A program made the translations under genes and the position numbers. 64,000 nucleotides of DNA from IMG/VR virus record IMGVR_UViG_3300048817_000099; one strand, given 5' to 3'. Of this stretch, positions 58,123 to 64,000 are shown piece by piece. How positions within the stretch are numbered: the first letter of the stretch is position 1; each line of letters starts with the position of its first letter. Source of the stretch: an uncultured virus (IMG/VR IMGVR_UViG_3300048817_000099). Its lineage: Duplodnaviria > Heunggongvirae > Uroviricota > Caudoviricetes. The notes below the pieces were generated by a model that made no database searches, was not told the origin of the DNA, and saw nothing but the letters and a program-made list of their open reading frames with translations.

Positions 58123-60928
58123 TCTATTGACCCGCGATGCCATCATCGCCAGCTTCAACGCCGAACAGGAACCGCTGACAGCCGCCGCGTTGAGCGTCAG
58201 TTACGAGACAATCACCCAGGAAGTCCGGGCGTACCTGGGCGCCGAGCCCTATTGGGCGCTCATCTCCAAGGCCGACCGGGATAAGGCGGCATCGTCGGGC
58301 GCCGCGATGCCAGATGGTGGATTTCCGGTCCTTTCGTGCTCAGGTGAGAACTCGGTCGACTCGGCCATCCATGCCGTGGGGCGGGGCAGCGCCGGGCACA
58401 ACGCAATCCGAAAGCACATCATGAAGCGGGCCTCGTCCCTCGGCTGTGCCTCGAAAATTCCCGACACCTGGGGGGAAGACGGCAGCATCAAGTCCGACTC
58501 GGCCGCCGAAGCCATCACGGCCGCAACGCCTCCACCGCCCCCACCGGCGGCTCCGGTGGCAAAGGCTCCGCCAGCACCGGGAGCGCCACCCGAGAAGCCC
58601 GCGCCCGATGCCAAGACCCCACCCAAGGCCGGCGAGGGTTCGGTAGCCGACGCCGAGGTCGACGCAGGTATGTCCGTCCACGTCGACACGGTGAACAAGG
58701 ACATCGCCGCGGCCATCGCCCTGCAGAAGACCGACCCGGGCACGGACAGCGAGGCGGCCGACACCAAGGTCATGACGATTCTGGAGCAGATGCAGGCGCT
58801 GGGGAAGCAGCTCGCCGCCGCCCAGGACGCCGATGCCAGCGAGAACCCGCCGTCGAAGTCTGCGCCAGCTCCGCCCAAGACGCCACCTGCCGCCGACGCC
58901 CCACCTGCCAACGGGCCACCTGCTTCTGACCCGCCGCCGGTCATGGCCGAGGGCGCTCTTGGGGCCAGTTGTGACTGTGGGGCCGTGGGATGCACCAGCC
59001 AGCCTGGGTGCCCGGCCTGCGCCGACCACGTCTGCGCCTGCAGCACCATGACCGCCGCTGGACCTCCGACGAGCTCGGAGACCCCAGGGAACGCCGTGGG
59101 CATTCCCAACGACGCCGACGACAACGGCCCTGGACCCGGCGACATCGAGGCCGACGTCATCTGCGAGAACCCCGACTGCGGGCACATGGCCGGCGTGCAC
59201 CAGGACGACGCCGACCTGGGCGGCAACTCCGGAGCCTGCCAGACCCCGGGCTGCACCTGCCCGGGCATGATTCCCCCTGGCGACCAGGTGAACGGGCCGA
59301 GCGACGACACCCCAGTGGGCCAGGACGACGGTGGAGGCCCGAACAACGCCGGAGGGGACGACGACGCACCCGGCGTTCCCAAGATGGCCGCCGACTTCGC
59401 TCCGGGCGACATGCCGCCCATCGGTGGGGACGGACCGACCGCTCCCGCCCCCGACGCTCCCGAGATTGAGGGCGCACCGGCTCCCGAGCTACCCCCGTTG
59501 GACCCGAACCCGTCTATCACCGTGGGGCCAGCCTTCGCCATTCCCGTGGCCTGGATTGAGGGTGTGGAGACCGGGGACGGCCGGATGATCCAGCCCGGTG
59601 CCCTGACCTGGCGGACACCGCCGCTGCCCCTCATGGCCATGGTCACCAGTTCGCACGACCCGAGCGGCATGTCCCCCAACGACCCTGCTGTCTTGGTCGG
59701 GCGTATCGAGCAGATCAGCGTGGAAGGTACAAACGGGACGGCCAGCGGTCATCTGTTGACCACCAAGCACGGCATGGACTTCGCCCAGGTTCTCGAGCAG
59801 ATGGGCCGCTATGGGGTGTCCATCGACGTGGGCGACGCCGAAATCCAGCAAACCGGAGTGCCGGACATCACGCTCCCGCCCGGCGCCAGCCAGTTCGACG
59901 CCCCCATCCTCGACGTGCTGGTCAAGGGCGTCGTGATGGCTATGACCGCCTGCCCGATGGCCGCGTTCCAGGGGGCCTACATGGTCCTGGGTGACGGGTC
60001 CAACATCCCCGACGCCAAGGTGCCTCCTGCTCCCGAAGGCTCGAACATGGCCATCCACTACGTGGACGAGATCCCCTGTGTGCCCTGCGGCGATGACTCG
60101 CTGGTGGCCGCGGCCGTCGACAAGCCCTCGCTCCTACGCCCGCCCGGCGCCTGGTTCGGCAACCCCAACTTCGGCAAGGACGCCGATGGCAAGGAAATCG
60201 CCCCTCACCTCGACGACCGGCTGAGCGAGACCATCGACCCCAAGTCAGGCCGACTGTCGGGCAAGTTCGCCTGCCCCATCACCATCACCGACGACGGCGA
60301 GGTCTTCGGTCACATCGCCCAGCACGGCGTGTGTCACCAGTCCCCGCAGTTCCTCAACAACGGCCAGTGCGTGCTGGCCCCGAGGAGCCTGGTCGACTAC
60401 GCCGCCTTCCACGGCACGGGCAAGGTCATCACCGCCGAGGGGGAGATGATTGGGGTGGGCCGGATGACGGCCGACACCGGGCACGCTTCGGACTCCCCGG
60501 CCGTCGACTTCCGCCGGGCCCTCGCCCATTACGACAACTCGGGCCTGACCGCGGCCACGGTGCGAGCTGGCGAGGACGAGTTCGGTATCTGGGTCCACGG
60601 CTCGCTCCATCCGAGCACCAGTCCCGAGCAGGTCCACACCATGCGGGTCAACCCGCCGTCGGGCGACTGGCGACCCTTCGGGGCCGGGCGTGAGCTCTGC
60701 CAGGTCCTGTTCGTCAACCACCCCGGGTTCCCGATGGTGGTGGCCGACAAGCGGCCCGCTACCGGCGAAATCACCCGACTGGTGGCCGCTGGCGTGCCCT
60801 GCTTCTCCCTGCCCGAGCCGGTGGCGCTGTCGCTGGAGGAGCGGGTGGCCATGATGGAGCGGGCCAACAAGCCGCTGCTGGGCCTGGCCAAGGAGCAACT
60901 GCGCCACCGCAGGGCAGCCATCTCCTGA
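58106..60928 (+). CDS. Capsid maturation protease/scaffold-like protein
   Basis: EGVETGDGR...PLPLM...VGRI, GHIA..GVCH, GEDEFGIWV.G, SGDWR; between portal and capsid; start may be 58115. Confidence 0.75.
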   Translation: MHPMTDLLTRDAIIASFNAEQEPLTAAALSVSYETITQEVRAYLGAEPYWALISKADRDKAASSGAAMPDGGFPVLSCSGENSVDSAIHAVGRGSAGHNAIRKHIMKRASSLGCASKIPDTWGEDGSIKSDSAAEAITAATPPPPPPAAPVAKAPPAPGAPPEKPAPDAKTPPKAGEGSVADAEVDAGMSVHVDTVNKDIAAAIALQKTDPGTDSEAADTKVMTILEQMQALGKQLAAAQDADASENPPSKSAPAPPKTPPAADAPPANGPPASDPPPVMAEGALGASCDCGAVGCTSQPGCPACADHVCACSTMTAAGPPTSSETPGNAVGIPNDADDNGPGPGDIEADVICENPDCGHMAGVHQDDADLGGNSGACQTPGCTCPGMIPPGDQVNGPSDDTPVGQDDGGGPNNAGGDDDAPGVPKMAADFAPGDMPPIGGDGPTAPAPDAPEIEGAPAPELPPLDPNPSITVGPAFAIPVAWIEGVETGDGRMIQPGALTWRTPPLPLMAMVTSSHDPSGMSPNDPAVLVGRIEQISVEGTNGTASGHLLTTKHGMDFAQVLEQMGRYGVSIDVGDAEIQQTGVPDITLPPGASQFDAPILDVLVKGVVMAMTACPMAAFQGAYMVLGDGSNIPDAKVPPAPEGSNMAIHYVDEIPCVPCGDDSLVAAAVDKPSLLRPPGAWFGNPNFGKDADGKEIAPHLDDRLSETIDPKSGRLSGKFACPITITDDGEVFGHIAQHGVCHQSPQFLNNGQCVLAPRSLVDYAAFHGTGKVITAEGEMIGVGRMTADTGHASDSPAVDFRRALAHYDNSGLTAATVRAGEDEFGIWVHGSLHPSTSPEQVHTMRVNPPSGDWRPFGAGRELCQVLFVNHPGFPMVVADKRPATGEITRLVAAGVPCFSLPEPVALSLEERVAMMERANKPLLGLAKEQLRHRRAAIS

Positions 60929-61354
60929 TGGAGGAGTGGAAGCACCCCGACCCCGGATGGTGGAAACGGGCGCCGATGTCCAAGTCAGCTTCGCCCTTCG
61001 ACCTCTGCGACGAGTGCGGACATGTTCGGTTCCTGCACGGGAAGGGTTGCATGTCAACCAGCGCTTCTCTCGACGCTCCCCGTGGGTACGGCTGCATCTG
61101 CTCGAACACCGCCACGTCGAACCGATGGCACCAGCCCGTATCCGTGATGACTGGCTGACAGCGGTGGGACGGCGCCGGTTGCCCGTCCCTCTCTGCGGTT
61201 GGTCAACGGCTGGTGAGCCTCCCGACATGCGACCCTGGTGGGTAGGGGCCGAACAACCGCCGTCAGCGCCTCCGATGCCCAAGCGATGTCCGGTGTGCGG
61301 TGGCCGGATGATTGACGACTTCTGCTCGGCGTGCGATGCCGCGGCTAGGGGGTC

Positions 61355-61747
61355 CTAGAAATTGCAGTTGCACCACTGGTGAGCGCCGCACTTCGGGCAT
61401 GGGTAACAGGCAGCGCAGAGACCGAGCATGAACGGGTGCTCCGGTTTGTGATGTAGCCACAGCCGCCATCCCTGGGCCTTGTGGCACTGCCACCACCAGT
61501 CGGGCTTCCAGAGGAAGTAGGGCCGCATGTGATAGCCGAACTTGAACAGACCCATGCGCTTCAGGTCCCACCGCAGGCGGTAGGGCAAGACATCACGCCA
61601 CCGCGGGAGTTTGTAGACCGCCGGCCCGCCGCCGCTCCAACTGACCGAGCCACCGCAGCTGGTGATGCCCGATACGTACAGGAACGAGGCGACGTGGCCT
61701 GTCAGACTCCACCGTGAGTAGTGCCAGCGGGGCGGCGGGTCAGTCAT
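61355..61747 (-). CDS. Hypothetical protein (inverted insert)
   Basis: ATG at 61747 with RBS-like gagg; W-rich with Cys-rich end. Confidence 0.5.
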   Translation of the reverse strand: MTDPPPRWHYSRWSLTGHVASFLYVSGITSCGGSVSWSGGGPAVYKLPRWRDVLPYRLRWDLKRMGLFKFGYHMRPYFLWKPDWWWQCHKAQGWRLWLHHKPEHPFMLGLCAACYPCPKCGAHQWCNCNF

Positions 61748-61763
61748 CGGGCCTCTTCGGGGA

Positions 61764-61907
61764 TCAATCCCACGTCGCTTCCTCCGCCGCCATGAAGTTC
61801 CATAGTCCGCAATGGCGGGATGGCCGCTCGGTGCAATCTTCGGGCGTCGTTTCACCGCATTCACAACGTTCCGGTTCGTCCTCGTAGGCCTCCATATCCT
61901 CACCCAT
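61764..61907 (-). CDS. Small acidic Cys-containing protein (not in ORF track)
   Basis: Hand translation MGEDMEAYEDEPERCECG...; ATG 8 nt after the minus-strand motif TAACGT. Confidence 0.5.
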   Translation of the reverse strand: MGEDMEAYEDEPERCECGETTPEDCTERPSRHCGLWNFMAAEEATWD

Positions 61908-62076
61908 AATCGTAAACGTTAGCGCTGTTTGGTCAAGGGTGCTTGATTTCCCAGTTTGGGCAGGTCACACTTCTGCCAGGTGAGTTCTGGCCTTGGAGCC
62001 AAGCCCACCGATGATTTCAGGTCTTAGCGCCTGGTCGCCCTAACAGGTACCCCACGCGCTAAGGAGCCGAAATCAA

Positions 62077-63972
62077 ATGGACCGTATCCAGGAACTGCTC
62101 GAGCGTCTGTCCGACCTCTCCGACGAGGAACTGACCGAGCTGAACGGTCTTCTCGCTGAGGCCTACACGGCCATCGACTCGTCCGACGAGCCGGCCACGG
62201 CAGAGCAAATCTCCCAGATGAACACCCTCGTCGAGGGTCTGGAGACCGTGGCCGCCGAGAACACCCGGCGCACCGAACTGGCGACCCAGCGGGAGCAGCA
62301 GAGGGCCGAACTGAAGACCCGGGCCGATGCGCTGCTCAACCCACCTGAAGAGGGCGAGACGCCGCCCGAGGATGCCCCGACCGACGAGGCCCCGGCGGAG
62401 GACGAGGAACTGGACGAGGACGGCAAGCCGAAGAAGAAGGTGACCGCCGAGACCCCTCCGGCCGCTGACGAGACCCCGACCGAGGCTCCGGCAGACAGCC
62501 CGCTCATCCCGGTGAACGCCAGCACGGAACCCCCACGGGGCGACCCCGCTGCCGGTGATGGCATGGTCGAGCGCATGGCGGCCGTGGGCGGCCCGGCCAA
62601 GCCGAGTCCGACCCAGAATCAGACCGAGACGTTCGGGACCACGCTGGTTGCCGCCGGCGGTCTGCGGGGCATCGGCATCAACACCCCGTTCGAGGACCGT
62701 TTGCAACTCGGTCAGGTCATGGCCGATCAGATCGACGCCTTGGGCCAGCCTCACGGTGAGTATCACCACCCAGCGCTGATTGCCACCGCTCGGTGGGAGT
62801 ACCCCGAGGATCGGCGCCTTACCGGCGACGCCAACGCCAACTCGGAGAAATTCAACGCCATCTGCGCCATCGAAGCGCAGCGAGTGGACCCCAAGGACAC
62901 CACGGCGCTTGTTGCAACCGGAGGCGTGTGCTTGCCGGTCAATGTGGATTACGCCGTGCCTACGTGGTCGACGGCCGTTCGTCCGTTGCGCGACGGACTC
63001 CCTGCTTTCCAGGCCGACCGCGGTGGTCTCCGTTACGTGACCCCGCCGGACATCGGCGTCCCCCCGTTGCAGGGCACGGCCAGTGGTGCCGGTCTCTCCA
63101 CCAACACCTGGACCGAGGCCACCGACGCCAACCCCGCAGGAGCGACCAAGCCGGTCTGGGAAGTGACCTGCGGCACGGAGAACCTGGTCTACGTGAACGC
63201 CATCACCACGAGGGTCCAGTTCGGCAACATGCAGAGCCGGTTCGCCCCTGAGCAGGTGGCCGCAAACACGCAGCAGGCCATTGCCGTCAGCGCTCGCCAG
63301 GCCGAGCTCGAACTGCTCACCCTCATGCTGAGCGTCAGCTTCTGCAAGGAGGTCAGCATCGGCACCCAGTACCTCGGCGCACTCCGCGATGTCCTGTCGG
63401 CCGTCGACCTACTCAAGTCCCAGTACTGCGACTCGCACCGGATTCCCGAGTCGGCATCGTTCACGGCCATCTTCCCGCAATGGGCCAAGAACATGTTCAA
63501 GGCCGACCTCCTGCGTGAGACCGCCCACGACAACGCCGGCCCCCGAGACGTGCTGGCCGTGACCGACGCCCAGATCGAGGCGCTCTTCAGCGTCCGCGGG
63601 GTGAACGTCATCTGGACTTTGGAGGGTGTCAAGAGTGGCACCTACGGCAACGTGACCGTGGGGACCAGCCAGCAGTTCTCCGTGTTCACCACGGGCAACA
63701 CGCCCCAGTGGCCTGGTCAGGCATCCAGCGCCGCGTTCGAGTTGCTCTGGCTGCTCTACGTGGAGGGGACCTACCAGTTCCTCGACTCCGGCCGGCTCGA
63801 CCTCGGCGTGGTGCGGGACAGCATCCTGGACAGCACTAACGATTACGAGACCTTCGTGGAGACCTTCGAGGGAGTAGCCGGTCGAGGCATCGACGCCTAC
63901 GGCGTGGTCCAGACCCTGCTCCCGAACGGTGGTTCGGCAGGAACCGTCGCCGTCGGCTCCTACAAGGAGTAG
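62077..63972 (+). CDS. Major capsid protein with N-terminal scaffold-like region
   Basis: Coiled-coil and acidic N-terminus, ALVATGG.C.P, RGG..Y, FLDSGRLDLGVVRDS.L..TND; RBS aaggag. Confidence 0.85.
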   Translation: MDRIQELLERLSDLSDEELTELNGLLAEAYTAIDSSDEPATAEQISQMNTLVEGLETVAAENTRRTELATQREQQRAELKTRADALLNPPEEGETPPEDAPTDEAPAEDEELDEDGKPKKKVTAETPPAADETPTEAPADSPLIPVNASTEPPRGDPAAGDGMVERMAAVGGPAKPSPTQNQTETFGTTLVAAGGLRGIGINTPFEDRLQLGQVMADQIDALGQPHGEYHHPALIATARWEYPEDRRLTGDANANSEKFNAICAIEAQRVDPKDTTALVATGGVCLPVNVDYAVPTWSTAVRPLRDGLPAFQADRGGLRYVTPPDIGVPPLQGTASGAGLSTNTWTEATDANPAGATKPVWEVTCGTENLVYVNAITTRVQFGNMQSRFAPEQVAANTQQAIAVSARQAELELLTLMLSVSFCKEVSIGTQYLGALRDVLSAVDLLKSQYCDSHRIPESASFTAIFPQWAKNMFKADLLRETAHDNAGPRDVLAVTDAQIEALFSVRGVNVIWTLEGVKSGTYGNVTVGTSQQFSVFTTGNTPQWPGQASSAAFELLWLLYVEGTYQFLDSGRLDLGVVRDSILDSTNDYETFVETFEGVAGRGIDAYGVVQTLLPNGGSAGTVAVGSYKE

Positions 63973-64000
63973 TCGGTCGTTCATGCGCACTACGTTCCTG

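Overview
A 64-kb, GC-rich segment of a tailed dsDNA phage or prophage, probably infecting an actinobacterium (inferred from an Rpf-like gene, DUF1360 holin-like gene, LPXTG protein, leaderless promoters and actinophage-type portal/protease/capsid). Almost all genes are on the + strand. Order: secreted glycoside hydrolase-like gene; ~0.9 kb non-coding region; recombination/replication module with iterons; methyltransferase/helicase module; many small accessory genes; terminase small-like gene; intein-containing terminase large subunit; four tandem Y-RNA-like elements plus Ro60; a solo Cas7/RAMP-like gene followed by a GNY-NN pentamer array; tail-fibre genes; endolysin/holin; portal-MuF fusion with a class-3 intein; maturation protease; major capsid protein. 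The top finding is the RAMP gene plus pentamer array: its variable dinucleotides spell a gapped, wobble-skipping complement of a diverged version of the neighbouring gene, suggesting a non-CRISPR RNA-guided inter-phage system. Other highlights are an HNH gene overprinted out of frame inside the terminase intein, the Y RNA array, and a dispersed CGCTAACGTTTAC promoter/operator. All family calls come from motif recognition by eye; no database searches were run.
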